A stretch of DNA of 64,000 nucleotides from a candidate division CPR3 bacterium GWF2_35_18 (GCA_001771135.1 MESW01000002.1:69315-133314); one strand, 5' to 3'. Positions 18,856 through 28,944 are shown, counted from the stretch's first letter. Notes: generated from the letters alone by a model not told the origin. Program-made: numbers and translations.

Positions 18856-19961
18856 AAGTTGCAATTGTTCACGATTTTTTAAATCAATATGGAGGAGCTG
18901 AAAGAGTTGTAGAAGCAATTAAAATGATTTATCCAGAAGCTCCTATTTACACGTCGTTTTTTGAACCAGAGAAACTTCCTGAGAGAATGAGATCTTGGCA
19001 GGTAATCACTCCGAATTTTAAAAAAATACCCTTAATTAGAAGGTTTTCGAAGCAATATACTTTTTTGTTACCACTTGCCTTTGAAAGTTTTGACTTGCGC
19101 GATTATGACGTAATAATTTCTTCTACTGCTAACTTTGCAAAAGGAATAATTACGAAACCAAATCAGATTCATATCTGTTACTGTCATACCCCTCCGCGTT
19201 TTTTATATCACTATGAAACTGAATTTAACCGAAGGAAGATATCTATATATAAACCATTTTTGATCTTCTTAGACCACTATCTGCGAGTTTGGGATTACTT
19301 GGCGGCACAAAGAGTAGATTATTTTTTAACGAATTCATATAATACTCAACAAAGAATTAAGAAATTCTATCGGAGAGAATCAAAAGTTATTTATCCTCCC
19401 GTGGAGCTATCCTCTACAGGGCAAAATTCTCAATACAAAACCCAAAATTACGGAAAGTATTTTTTTATCGTATCTAGATTGGTTGCATATAAAAGAATCG
19501 ATTTAGCAATTAAAGCTTGTAATGAGTTGAATCTAAATTTAGTAGTAGCGGGAACAGGTAAAGATAAAAAGAAATTAGAAAAATTGTCGGGAAAAACGAT
19601 AAAGCTGTTGGGAAAGGTTTCTGATATTGAGTTAGCAGGTCTTTATAAAAACTGCGAGGGATTCATTTTTCCTGCAGGAGATGATTTTGGTATGACTCCA
19701 GTAGAAGCGATGTTATATGGAAAGCCTGTTATTGCCTATGGTAAAGGTGGTGTCTTAGAGTCTGTTATTCCAGGGAAAACAGGGGAATTTTTTTATGAAA
19801 ATAATGTAGTTTCTTTAAAAAAAGTATTAGCTAATTTTAATGGAAATAATTATTTAAAGGAAAACTGTCAAAAACAAGCTCAGAAGTTTAGTAAATCTAA
19901 ATTTAGTAAAGAATTACGAAATTTTGTTACAGAAAAATGGAAGGAAGAACAAAATGCCTGA
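18852..19961 (+). CDS. Glycosyltransferase, GT4 family
   Basis: MKVAIVHDFLNQYGGAERV... and C-terminal GT4 motifs (FIFPAGDDFGMTPVEAM). ATG overlaps the polA stop (ATGA). Confidence 0.75.
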   Translation: MKVAIVHDFLNQYGGAERVVEAIKMIYPEAPIYTSFFEPEKLPERMRSWQVITPNFKKIPLIRRFSKQYTFLLPLAFESFDLRDYDVIISSTANFAKGIITKPNQIHICYCHTPPRFLYHYETEFNRRKISIYKPFLIFLDHYLRVWDYLAAQRVDYFLTNSYNTQQRIKKFYRRESKVIYPPVELSSTGQNSQYKTQNYGKYFFIVSRLVAYKRIDLAIKACNELNLNLVVAGTGKDKKKLEKLSGKTIKLLGKVSDIELAGLYKNCEGFIFPAGDDFGMTPVEAMLYGKPVIAYGKGGVLESVIPGKTGEFFYENNVVSLKKVLANFNGNNYLKENCQKQAQKFSKSKFSKELRNFVTEKWKEEQNA

Positions 19962-20787
19962 GTTACCGGAGGTAGAAACAGTAAGATATGATTTGAATAA
20001 AAGCCTTTCGGGGTTTCAGATAAAAGATATTTCATGTAATACGACAAAGATATTACAGCCTTCTTTGAAGGAGGTTATCAAACATACTAAAGGATTAACG
20101 ATAAGCAGTTTTAATCGAAAGGCAAAACTTCTGATCGTTGAACTAAATAAAGATTGGAATTTTTTAATACATTTAAAAATGAGTGGAAGGTTATTAATTC
20201 GTGATCCAGGAGGTGTTGAAGATCGATGGACGAGAGTAATTATTGCTTTAGAAAGAAAAGGTATAATTAAAGAGTTACGATTTGCAGATCAGCGTAAGTT
20301 TGGGTACATAAAACTCATTAAAAAGGAAGAGCTTTCTGATATTTTATCAAATTATGGCCCTGAGCCTTTTGCGGATCTTAGTTTGCAAATTTTTACGAAA
20401 ATCTTGAAATCAAGCAGAAGAGCAATAAAAAAAGTATTAATGGACCAAGTCTTGATCTCGGGAATTGGAAATATTTATGCAAATGATGCACTATTCTTAG
20501 CCAAAATCCATCCGGAAACATCAGCCAATTATTTAAATCAGAATCAAATTAAAAATCTATTTGAAGCAATTGAAGAAGTTTTAAAAAGAGGTTTGAAATA
20601 TAGAGGAGCCTCTGATAACTCTTACTTAGATGCTTTTGGTAAAAAAGGTCAGTATCAAGAACATTTTCTTGTATATGGTAAAAATAAAGAAAACTGTCCA
20701 AACTGTGGTAGTGTCATCCAAAAAATAGTCGTAGGAGGAAGAGGGACTTTTTATTGTCCAAAATGTCAACTTCAAGAAAGGAAATAA
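19954..20787 (+). CDS. mutM: Formamidopyrimidine-DNA glycosylase (Fpg/MutM; Fpg/Nei family)
   Basis: N-terminus MPELPEVETVR (catalytic Pro2), H2TH, and C-terminal zinc finger CPNCG...CPKCQ. Confidence 0.85.
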   Translation: MPELPEVETVRYDLNKSLSGFQIKDISCNTTKILQPSLKEVIKHTKGLTISSFNRKAKLLIVELNKDWNFLIHLKMSGRLLIRDPGGVEDRWTRVIIALERKGIIKELRFADQRKFGYIKLIKKEELSDILSNYGPEPFADLSLQIFTKILKSSRRAIKKVLMDQVLISGIGNIYANDALFLAKIHPETSANYLNQNQIKNLFEAIEEVLKRGLKYRGASDNSYLDAFGKKGQYQEHFLVYGKNKENCPNCGSVIQKIVVGGRGTFYCPKCQLQERK

Positions 20788-21075
20788 ATGCCATTATTAG
20801 ATTCGTCTTTACTAAATCCGTATGTTTTGTTTTTTGGAGGAATTGTGATGATTATTTTTGGTTTAACTATCTCTGGTATGAAACCAACCGTAATTATTGA
20901 ATTTTGGATGAGATTTTTACTATATTTTTTTAAAAATCCTAATAAATATGAAAGAGAGCAAGAAAAAAATCCTAGTTTTAGCTTTGGGGGATGGATATTT
21001 TTATTTGGTTGGTTTTTAATAATTGCCGGAATTATTAGATTTTTGGGATTGGGGGTTGAGAATGCGTTTGAATAA
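20788..21075 (+). CDS. Small hypothetical membrane protein (2 predicted TM)
   Basis: 95-aa ORF with two hydrophobic segments. Overlaps the recF start. No recognisable family. Confidence 0.35.
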   Translation: MPLLDSSLLNPYVLFFGGIVMIIFGLTISGMKPTVIIEFWMRFLLYFFKNPNKYEREQEKNPSFSFGGWIFLFGWFLIIAGIIRFLGLGVENAFE

Positions 21076-22099
21076 AGTACTTTTAAGTAACTTTCGAAAT
21101 TTTAAAAAAGAATCATTTGATTTTCAACATACAACAATTATTTTAGCTGATAATACTCATGGGAAAACAAACCTTCTGGAGGCTATTTTTTATCTTTCAA
21201 CCGGAAAATCTTTTCGTGCGGAAAATGAGATTGACGTAATTAACTATGATAAGGATTTTGCGAGCATTGAAGGAGAGGTTGAAAATACTGAAGGAAAGGA
21301 AAAATTAAGGGTTTTTATCTCCGGGCAGGAACATCAACGTAAGCAGCTTCGAGTTAATGGAATCAATAGAATGATCTCAAACTTTTCTGGCCGTTTTAGG
21401 TCGGTTATTTTTACGCCAGAGAATTTTAATATTTTACAAGGTTCTCCAGAAATTCGTCGTCGGTATTTAGATAATATCTTAATCCAAATAGACAGAGAAT
21501 ATGTACGTAATTTAAGTCAATATCGAAAAGTGGTTTATCAAAGGAATCGTTTACTGGAAAGTATCCGGGAGAGAAAGTCAAAGGAGAATGAACTGGATTA
21601 TTGGAATGAAAAACTATTGGAATTGGGAAGATTCATTCAAGAAAGAAGGTTTCAGTTAATCTCATTCTTAAATGATGAGTTACTTAAATATAGTTTTTTG
21701 TATCGGAGTAAAAAGCAGATTACCTTGGTTTATAAAAATAATCTTGTGAGTGAGGAACGTTTGTTTTCGCATGCTCAGAAGGAAATAGCTGCAGGTCTAA
21801 CTCTCATTGGTCCTCATCGTGATGAAATGCTAGTTTTTTTAGATGGGAAGAAAATAGAATCTTTTGGTTCAAGAGGGGAACAGCGGCTAGGAATCTTGAG
21901 TTTATCTCTTTCTGCTATTGATTTTATTGAATATTGTGTGAAGGAAAGACCGATTCTTTTACTCGATGATATTTTTTCGGAGCTTGATAGTTATCATAAA
22001 AGTTCAGTACAAGATATTCTTGAAAAACAACAATCGATTATTACTACCACAGAGTGGGAGAATGGTGTTTCAAAAAAAGTTCAAATAATTGAGCTGTAA
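21062..22099 (+). CDS. recF: DNA replication/repair protein RecF
   Basis: N-terminal NFRNF...GxNTHGKTNLLEAI Walker A, SMC-like signature and Walker B (LLLDDIFSELD). Confidence 0.85.
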   Translation: MRLNKVLLSNFRNFKKESFDFQHTTIILADNTHGKTNLLEAIFYLSTGKSFRAENEIDVINYDKDFASIEGEVENTEGKEKLRVFISGQEHQRKQLRVNGINRMISNFSGRFRSVIFTPENFNILQGSPEIRRRYLDNILIQIDREYVRNLSQYRKVVYQRNRLLESIRERKSKENELDYWNEKLLELGRFIQERRFQLISFLNDELLKYSFLYRSKKQITLVYKNNLVSEERLFSHAQKEIAAGLTLIGPHRDEMLVFLDGKKIESFGSRGEQRLGILSLSLSAIDFIEYCVKERPILLLDDIFSELDSYHKSSVQDILEKQQSIITTTEWENGVSKKVQIIEL

Positions 22100-22152
22100 T
22101 GATTTTACTTCATTTCCTTCACAATTACCGCAAGTAATGCTAAACTATAATT

Positions 22153-23196
22153 ATGTTGGATTTTAAGTTCCGAATCAATAATAATATCCTGAAAAATATT
22201 AGTCAAATAGAGGCTTCCAAACAGATTATTGAAAATTCTCCCTTGTTACCTTATTATGAACGACAATTTCAAAAAGAGGCTGTAGTTCGCGCCGTGCATC
22301 ACTCTACTCACATTGAAGGTAATATGTTGGATATTGATGATGCCAAAAAAATCATCAACGGTCAAAAGATTGAATCTGCGGGTAAAGAGCGCGATTTACA
22401 AGATATCATAAACTATCGTAATGTGTTAAACTATATCGAAAGTATACAATCTAAAAGTGTCGATTTGAATCCGGTTTTACAGGTACATAAAATTGTCGGT
22501 TATGGAATTATTCCTGACGTTTATTGTGGTAAATTTAGAAATAAGCAGGTTGTGATTCGTAACACTAAAACTCAAAAAATCTCTTATGTTCCTCCGTCTT
22601 ATTTAGAAGTTGAAGATAAAGTATCCGAACTTTTATCTTGGTTAAAAAGTCAAAAAGAAGCAGATATTCATCCGGTTATTAAATCTGGACTGTTTCACTG
22701 TCAATTTGTAAAAATCCACCCTTTTGTAGATGGAAATGGAAGAACCGCCAGGGCTTTAACGACATTAATACTCTATTTGGATGGTTACGATATAAAAAAA
22801 TTTTTTTGTTTAGATGAATATTATGATCATGATTTAAAAAGATATTATCAAGCTCTACAGTCTGTTACCGAGTTCGATCAAGATTATACTTTTTGGCTTG
22901 AATATTTTACAAATGGATTGTTAGAAGAGTTTCTTAAAATCAAACAAAAGGTTCTTAAGATTAGTCGTGATCAAAGAATTAAAAAATCAATTGGTCAGGT
23001 TTATCTTACCGAAAGACAGGAAAAAATTGTTGAATACCTTCAAGAAATTGGACGTTTACAGAATCAAGATTTCCCAAAAATCTTATCAAATGTTTCGGAA
23101 GACACTTTTTTGCGTGATTTAAAAGAGCTTATTGTTAAAAAAGTGATTAAAAAAAGAGGAAAAACTAAAGCTGCATTTTATGAATTAAAAAATTAA
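22153..23196 (+). CDS. Fic-family protein (AMPylase fold) with intramolecular inhibitory motif and C-terminal winged-helix
   Basis: Fic motif HPFVDGNGRTAR. Upstream inhibitory (S/T)xxxE(G/N) motif STHIEGN. Confidence 0.85.
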   Translation: MLDFKFRINNNILKNISQIEASKQIIENSPLLPYYERQFQKEAVVRAVHHSTHIEGNMLDIDDAKKIINGQKIESAGKERDLQDIINYRNVLNYIESIQSKSVDLNPVLQVHKIVGYGIIPDVYCGKFRNKQVVIRNTKTQKISYVPPSYLEVEDKVSELLSWLKSQKEADIHPVIKSGLFHCQFVKIHPFVDGNGRTARALTTLILYLDGYDIKKFFCLDEYYDHDLKRYYQALQSVTEFDQDYTFWLEYFTNGLLEEFLKIKQKVLKISRDQRIKKSIGQVYLTERQEKIVEYLQEIGRLQNQDFPKILSNVSEDTFLRDLKELIVKKVIKKRGKTKAAFYELKN

Positions 23197-23209
23197 TTTA
23201 GGATATACT

Positions 23210-24997
23210 ATGCTCTTTCAAGATCTTGCTAATTATTTTGAAAAACTAGAAAAAACTACATCTCGTAATGAAATTACGAAAATTTTGAGTGAACTTTTCA
23301 AAAATCTTTCCGTAGAAGAGGTGAATGTTGTTTGTTATCTGTCGTTGGGGAAATTGAAGCCATCATATGAATCTTTAGAATTTAATCTTGCCGAAAAGAT
23401 GATAGCCGAACTTTTATCTCGAATTAGTCAAAAGACAAAGGAAGAAATAAATAAAGATTTTAATGTTATGGGAGATTGGGGTGATTTGGCGGCTAACTTG
23501 ATTAAAAGAAAAACGAGTGATCTGACAATCAAAGATGTTTATAAAGAGCTTCTTTCTTTAGCCAAAATTGAGGGTTATGGATCTCAAGAAGTAAAGATAA
23601 ATAAGCTTTTATCCTTATTTTCGCATATAAATAGTGCATCTGCTAAATATGTTTTACGTGTTATTCTAAAGAAGTTAAGACTCGGTTTCTCGGATATGAC
23701 CATTCTTGATGCGTTGTCTTTTATGGAAGTCGGAGACAAGAGTCTAAGAAAAGAGATCGAAGAATCATACAACACAGTTGCGGATATTGGAAAAGTTGCT
23801 TCGTATTTTAAGGCTAAAGGTTTAAAAGGTTTAAAAGAGCTATCTGTTACTCCGGGAATACCTGTAATTCCTTCTGCGGCAGAAAGGCTTCCGAGTGCGG
23901 AAAAGATTTTTGAAAAGATTGGAGTTTGTTTGTTAGAACCTAAAATCGATGGTTTTCGGCTCCAAGTACACTTAAATAAATTAAAAACTGAGATTTCAGA
24001 TGATAACCCTCTTTTTGCAAAAGAAGAGCCTTTTATACGATTCTTTTCTCGAAATTTAGAAGATATGACGGGAATGTTTCCGGAGATTAAAGACGTCGTT
24101 TCTAAAATTGATTGTGAATCTTTGATTATAGAGGGAGAAGCAGTCGCTTTTAATCATAAAAATAATCGGTTTTTACCTTTTCAATTAACCATATCGCGTA
24201 AAAGAAAGTATGACATTCAGGAAAAATCTACAGAGCTACCTTTGACTCTATTTGTATTTGATTTGCTTTATTTAAATGGAAAAAGCTATATTAATGAGTC
24301 TCTAATTGAAAGAAGAAAAATATTAGCAGAACTCATTCCAGAAAATGTAAATAGTCTGCAACTAATTCCACAACAGAAGGCAGTTTCGGTGCAAGACATC
24401 TCCAAATATTTTCTCGAAAAAAAGAAAGCCGGTTTAGAAGGAATAATGGCAAAAGTTCCTGATTCTTATTATGAAGCTGGATCAAGAGGATTCCATTGGA
24501 TTAAGTATAAAAGAGAAGAAAGTCAAGGCCTTGAGGATAGTATTGATGTTGTTGTTTTAGGTTATTATTATGGTCAGGGAAAAAGGACAAGTTTCGGTAT
24601 TGGCGCTTTATTGGTTGGAGTTTATAATAAGAAAGGCGAGATTTTTGAAAGTATCGCTAAAATTGGTACAGGAATTAAAGATGAAGAGTTTATAACTATT
24701 AAAAAGGATTGTGATTTATTAAAAAGAAAACTCCCTCCCAAAAATGTGATTGTCCCTAAAGCTTTAATTCCAGATGTTTGGGTGGAGCCTCAAATTGTTG
24801 CTGTTATCCTTTCTGATGAGATAACAAGATCGCCGCTACATGCAGCTGGTGCAAGTAAAGATGGGAAAGGTTATGCTTTACGTTTTCCACGTCTTACTAC
24901 TTGGCAAAGAAAAGATAAGAGCATTTATGATATAACAACTGTATCAGAAATCGAAAGACTTTATCAAAATCAAAATAGGAAATCTTCTAAAAATTAA
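23210..24997 (+). CDS. ATP-dependent DNA ligase
   Basis: 595 aa. Motif I LEPKIDGFR (KxDG), adenylation and OB-fold motifs. Confidence 0.85.
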   Translation: MLFQDLANYFEKLEKTTSRNEITKILSELFKNLSVEEVNVVCYLSLGKLKPSYESLEFNLAEKMIAELLSRISQKTKEEINKDFNVMGDWGDLAANLIKRKTSDLTIKDVYKELLSLAKIEGYGSQEVKINKLLSLFSHINSASAKYVLRVILKKLRLGFSDMTILDALSFMEVGDKSLRKEIEESYNTVADIGKVASYFKAKGLKGLKELSVTPGIPVIPSAAERLPSAEKIFEKIGVCLLEPKIDGFRLQVHLNKLKTEISDDNPLFAKEEPFIRFFSRNLEDMTGMFPEIKDVVSKIDCESLIIEGEAVAFNHKNNRFLPFQLTISRKRKYDIQEKSTELPLTLFVFDLLYLNGKSYINESLIERRKILAELIPENVNSLQLIPQQKAVSVQDISKYFLEKKKAGLEGIMAKVPDSYYEAGSRGFHWIKYKREESQGLEDSIDVVVLGYYYGQGKRTSFGIGALLVGVYNKKGEIFESIAKIGTGIKDEEFITIKKDCDLLKRKLPPKNVIVPKALIPDVWVEPQIVAVILSDEITRSPLHAAGASKDGKGYALRFPRLTTWQRKDKSIYDITTVSEIERLYQNQNRKSSKN

Positions 24998-25009
24998 AAG
25001 AGTAAAACT

Positions 25010-26326
25010 ATGGAAAAAAGATATATTGCTGATTTACATCTTCATTCAAAATATTCACGCGCTGTTTCTAAGGATATGAATATCCCTGTAATGTGGTTAT
25101 GGGGAAACAAAAAGGGAATCAATCTAATCGGTACTGGAGATTTTACACATCCCTTTTGGATTCATGACTTGAAACAGGATTTAGAAGCTATGGGAAACGG
25201 TTTTTATAAATACAAAGGAGATCAAGAAGGAAAAGGTCCTTTTTTTGTTCTATCTTCAGAGATAAGCTGTATTTATAGTCAAGGCGGTAAAACTAGGAAA
25301 ATTCACATTGTTTTCTTATCTCCCTCCATTGAAGTTGCCGAGTTAATCAATAAATCACTTTCTGAGATTGGTAACATTACTTCCGATGGAAGACCAATTT
25401 TAGGTATCAGCGCTTTGAACTTAGTAAAAAAGATCAAAGCGATTTCATCCGAAGTAATTGTTATTCCAGCGCATATCTGGACCCCTTGGTTCTCTCTCTT
25501 TGGCGCGAACTCAGGATTCGACTCAATTGCCGAGTGTTTTGGTGATGTAAGCCAAGATATAATTGCTGTGGAAACAGGACTTTCTTCTGATCCTGCCATG
25601 AATTGGAGAATTCCAGAATTAGATAATAGACAGATTGTTTCTTCCTCTGATGCTCATTCTCCAGCAAAACTAGGAAGAGAAGCGACTGTTTTTGAATCTG
25701 ATTTTAGCTACACCGGTTTAAAAAGTGCTTTGTCAGGAAAATCGGCAGAGAATAAAATTTTGTATACAATTGAATTTTTTCCAGAAGAAGGTAAATATCA
25801 TTACACTGGACACCGAAATTGTGGCGTAAAGTATAATTTAGAGGACTTGAGAAAAAAGGGGAAAATTTGTCCGGTATGTGGTAAACAATTAACAGTTGGA
25901 GTAATGCAAAGAGTTGAGGATCTTGGAAAGATTTTGGAATCAGATTTACAAATTGAAGATTGGTATTTAGGAGAAAATAAGGTAAGAGGAATAAAATCAG
26001 GAAAATTAAAGAGACCTCCTTATGTGATGTTAGTTCCTTTAATTGAGATAATTTCGGAAGCACTAGAAGTTGGTGGTTCTTCTAAGGCAGTTACTGAAGA
26101 ATATGAAAAAATCATAAATGGAATTGGTACGGAATTTAAAGTATTACTTACTGCTTCAGAATTAGAATTAAAAGTGTATGCTCAGGAAAAAGTTGTAGAA
26201 GGAATTCTGAAATTAAGGAAAAGAGAGATAAGTGTTGATCCAGGGTTTGACGGTGTCTTTGGAAAAGTGAAGATTTGGGGTAAGGAAAAACCGGAAGAAA
26301 TACAGGAACAGATAACATTATTTTAA
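25010..26326 (+). CDS. PHP-domain endonuclease, Endonuclease Q (EndoQ)-like
   Basis: DLHLHSKYSRAVS (PHP HxH), LIGTGD, SDGRP, PAHIWTPWFSL, SDAHSP..LGRE, and zinc finger GKYHYTGHRNCG...CPVCG. The overall order resembles archaeal EndoQ (TIGR00375-like). Confidence 0.6.
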   Translation: MEKRYIADLHLHSKYSRAVSKDMNIPVMWLWGNKKGINLIGTGDFTHPFWIHDLKQDLEAMGNGFYKYKGDQEGKGPFFVLSSEISCIYSQGGKTRKIHIVFLSPSIEVAELINKSLSEIGNITSDGRPILGISALNLVKKIKAISSEVIVIPAHIWTPWFSLFGANSGFDSIAECFGDVSQDIIAVETGLSSDPAMNWRIPELDNRQIVSSSDAHSPAKLGREATVFESDFSYTGLKSALSGKSAENKILYTIEFFPEEGKYHYTGHRNCGVKYNLEDLRKKGKICPVCGKQLTVGVMQRVEDLGKILESDLQIEDWYLGENKVRGIKSGKLKRPPYVMLVPLIEIISEALEVGGSSKAVTEEYEKIINGIGTEFKVLLTASELELKVYAQEKVVEGILKLRKREISVDPGFDGVFGKVKIWGKEKPEEIQEQITLF

Positions 26327-26456
26327 AATGATAATCTTTAAGTAATATTTAACTAGGTTTTTGTCAATTTAATGAATCTGAGTCTATATCCAAATTAATC
26401 CATATTTTTGAATAAATTCAAAAATCTTGCTTTGAAAAATAAATATTGTTAAAAGT

Positions 26457-26553
26457 GTCTTCCGATTTGGAAGACAAGAGATTTTATCATGATAAAATCT
26501 TCGGTTAATACGTAACTACATCTTTGCAATCTCAAAGATGTAGGGTATATAAT
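26457..26553 (+). promoter_or_regulatory. Leader/operator region: three consecutive inverted repeats, including a perfect 20-bp palindrome, overlapping a TTGCAA-18-TATAAT promoter
   Basis: GTCTTCCgatttGGAAGAC (26457-26475). GATTTTATCATGATAAAATC (26480-26499, perfect palindrome). CTACATCTTTGcaatctCAAAGATGTAG (26516-26543), overlapping the -35 at 26524-26529. The -10 is at 26548-26553. Confidence 0.35.
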
Positions 26554-26590
26554 AAACTTAACAATTTTTTCTAAAGGAGGTGACACGTTT

Positions 26591-26944
26591 ATGGTAGAGG
26601 AAATAAAAAAAGAAACAAAGCAAGAAGCTCCTAAACAAGGAACCGTTGTAAGTAATAATGATTCAAAAATTAAAGCTGCTGTAGCTTGTATTCCTATAGT
26701 AGGACTTATCCTTTATTTTATTGAAAAGGATGATCAGAGAGTGCGTTTTTATGCCGCACAAGGAATTTTAGTGGGTATTTTGGGTATTGTATTAGGAGTA
26801 ATTCCTTTTGTTAACTTTATTGCTTGGTTAGCCGAATTGGTTTTAATTATTGTCACAGCCTTAAAAGCTTATCAAACAGATGAGAACTATAAATTGCCAA
26901 TTCTTGGTGATTGGGCTGAAAAGTGGGCTGCTAAAAAAATGTAA
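26591..26944 (+). CDS. Small hypothetical membrane protein
   Basis: 117 aa. Strong RBS (AGGAGGTGA). Two TM helices after a charged N-terminus. Confidence 0.5.
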   Translation: MVEEIKKETKQEAPKQGTVVSNNDSKIKAAVACIPIVGLILYFIEKDDQRVRFYAAQGILVGILGIVLGVIPFVNFIAWLAELVLIIVTALKAYQTDENYKLPILGDWAEKWAAKKM

Positions 26945-27101
26945 TTTAATTCTTAAAATATTTTTAAATCCCATCTTTTATACTAAAAAAGGTGGGATTT
27001 TTTTTGAAGCGGGAACATGTTAAAATTGAAGCTATTATTTAATTATTTGTGCCGCGATTTTATTATTAGTTGAAGAATGTTAGATTGAGGAGATTGAGGA
27101 T

Positions 27102-27641
27102 ATGAGAATTATTGTTGGACTTGGTAATCCGGGTCGGAAATATGAGAAAACAAAACACAATATCGGTTTTCAGGTTATCGATGAGCTTGCTTCAAAGTTA
27201 AACTCAAGCTTTTGGAAAGAAAACTCCAGATTTGAAAGTCTAATTTCAGAGGGAGATCTTGAAGGTAACAAGTTACTACTTGTTAAGCCTCAGACCTTCA
27301 TGAATAATTCTGGCGAAGCTGTATATAAAGTCGTTAATTTCTATAAAATACCACTGACTGATTTGCTTATTGTGCATGATGATTTTGATTTACCATTGGA
27401 TGATATTAGATTACGTGTCAATTCTGAAGGAAAAAGCAGTCATAACGGGATCCGTTCGATCGTAGAGAGATTAGGAACACCAGAATTTGATCGACTTCGA
27501 GTGGGAATTGGAAATGATCTAATTATACCAAAAGATAAATATGTTTTGAGTAATTTTGAAAATGAAGTAAAACATATCAAAGAAATAATTGGAAAAGCAT
27601 TAGACAAAATTATCGATTGGATTACTAATGAAAAACGTTAA
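27102..27641 (+). CDS. pth: Peptidyl-tRNA hydrolase
   Basis: MRIIVGLGNPGRKYEKTKHNIGF... is the canonical Pth N-terminus. Confidence 0.9.
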   Translation: MRIIVGLGNPGRKYEKTKHNIGFQVIDELASKLNSSFWKENSRFESLISEGDLEGNKLLLVKPQTFMNNSGEAVYKVVNFYKIPLTDLLIVHDDFDLPLDDIRLRVNSEGKSSHNGIRSIVERLGTPEFDRLRVGIGNDLIIPKDKYVLSNFENEVKHIKEIIGKALDKIIDWITNEKR

Positions 27642-27957
27642 AATATCCAAGTTTGCAGAAAAAGTTTATAAGTTTACGAAAAAAATTCCTAAAGGAAAGG
27701 TCTCTACTTATGGACAGATCGCTAAAGCATCAGGTTATGGCAAATCTTCTCGGGCAGTAGGAAATACTTTACACAAAAACCCCTTTGCTCCAGTAGTTCC
27801 TTGTCATCGAGTAGTAAATAGTAATGGTTTTCTAGCTAAAAACTTTGGAAGCGGTGGAATAAAATCGCAACAAAAACTATTAGAATCAGAAGGAATTGTT
27901 TTTGATATTTCGGGAAAGGTGGATCTAAATAAATTTCAGTATTTTTTTAAGGAGTAA
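27628..27957 (+). CDS. MGMT-family DNA-binding domain protein (O6-alkylguanine-DNA alkyltransferase C-domain; active-site PCHRV)
   Basis: 109 aa. VPCHRVVNSNG motif. Confidence 0.8.
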   Translation: MKNVKISKFAEKVYKFTKKIPKGKVSTYGQIAKASGYGKSSRAVGNTLHKNPFAPVVPCHRVVNSNGFLAKNFGSGGIKSQQKLLESEGIVFDISGKVDLNKFQYFFKE

Positions 27958-27959
27958 AT

Positions 27960-28619
27960 ATGGATAAATTGAAGTATCAGAATATTGTAATTTCAAGTCT
28001 TCCTGGGTCTGGTAGATCTACTCTTGCACGATTATTGCACAAAAAACTGTCTGATTGGAATTTGTTTTCAGGAGGAGGATTCATGAGGGAATACGCAATC
28101 GAAAAGGGTTTATTCAAAGGAGATTCGTTACTACATCATTCTGCTGCTACTTATGGTGAAGATTTTGATCGAAAAGTAGATATGGGAATGAGAGAATGGT
28201 TAGTCAAAAAGGAAAAGATGATTATTGAGTCATGGTTGTGTGGATTTTTAGCTCAGAATGTCCCAAATACTTTAAAAATATTATTAGTATGTAAAAATTC
28301 TCTTCGTATTGATCGTGTGGCAAACCGAGATAATGTAAGAGTTCGTGAAGCAAAGAAAAATTTAAAAGAGAGAATGAATATTAATGTTCAGAAATGGACA
28401 CAAATGTATCATAAAGAGTGGAATGATTGGGTTGTTAAAAAGAAGTTAATTGACTCTAAAGAAGAAATAAATTTTTGGGATGAGCGTCTTTATGATCTTG
28501 TCATTGATACTTATATGTATTCTAAAGAAGAGACTTTTAATCTTGCATATGAAGCCTTAAGTAAAGGTATTACAAACAAATATCAGGTTTCTGATGAGTG
28601 GAAAGAAGATAATAAGTGA
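27960..28619 (+). CDS. Cytidylate-kinase-like P-loop NMP kinase
   Basis: P-loop ISSLPGSGRSTLARLL, followed by FSGGGFMREYA, as in CMP kinases. Confidence 0.55.
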   Translation: MDKLKYQNIVISSLPGSGRSTLARLLHKKLSDWNLFSGGGFMREYAIEKGLFKGDSLLHHSAATYGEDFDRKVDMGMREWLVKKEKMIIESWLCGFLAQNVPNTLKILLVCKNSLRIDRVANRDNVRVREAKKNLKERMNINVQKWTQMYHKEWNDWVVKKKLIDSKEEINFWDERLYDLVIDTYMYSKEETFNLAYEALSKGITNKYQVSDEWKEDNK

Positions 28620-28662
28620 TTATAGCTGTCTTTAGTTTCATTATTAAATCAAAAAATCTAAA

Positions 28663-28944
28663 ATGAAAAAAAGATTACATATTTTTGTTTCTGGAAAAGT
28701 TCAAGGGGTCTCTTTTAGACATAACGCCCGAGAGTTGGCTGAAAAATTACCTTTAGTCGGTTGGATATGTAATCTGAGAGATGGGAGGGTTGAGATTTTA
28801 GTTGAAGGAGAAGATCATAAAATTCAAGAGTTTTTAAGCTGGTGTTACAAAGGCCCTATTGAAGCGGTTGTTCAGGATGTTGTCTTTGATTTTGAAAAAC
28901 CAGAGGGTGATTTTTTTGATTTTAGAATTACTTACCAAGAATGA
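28663..28944 (+). CDS. acyP: Acylphosphatase
   Basis: 93 aa. VSGKVQGVSFRHNAR...GWICNLRDGRVEILVEG signature. Confidence 0.85.
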   Translation: MKKRLHIFVSGKVQGVSFRHNARELAEKLPLVGWICNLRDGRVEILVEGEDHKIQEFLSWCYKGPIEAVVQDVVFDFEKPEGDFFDFRITYQE

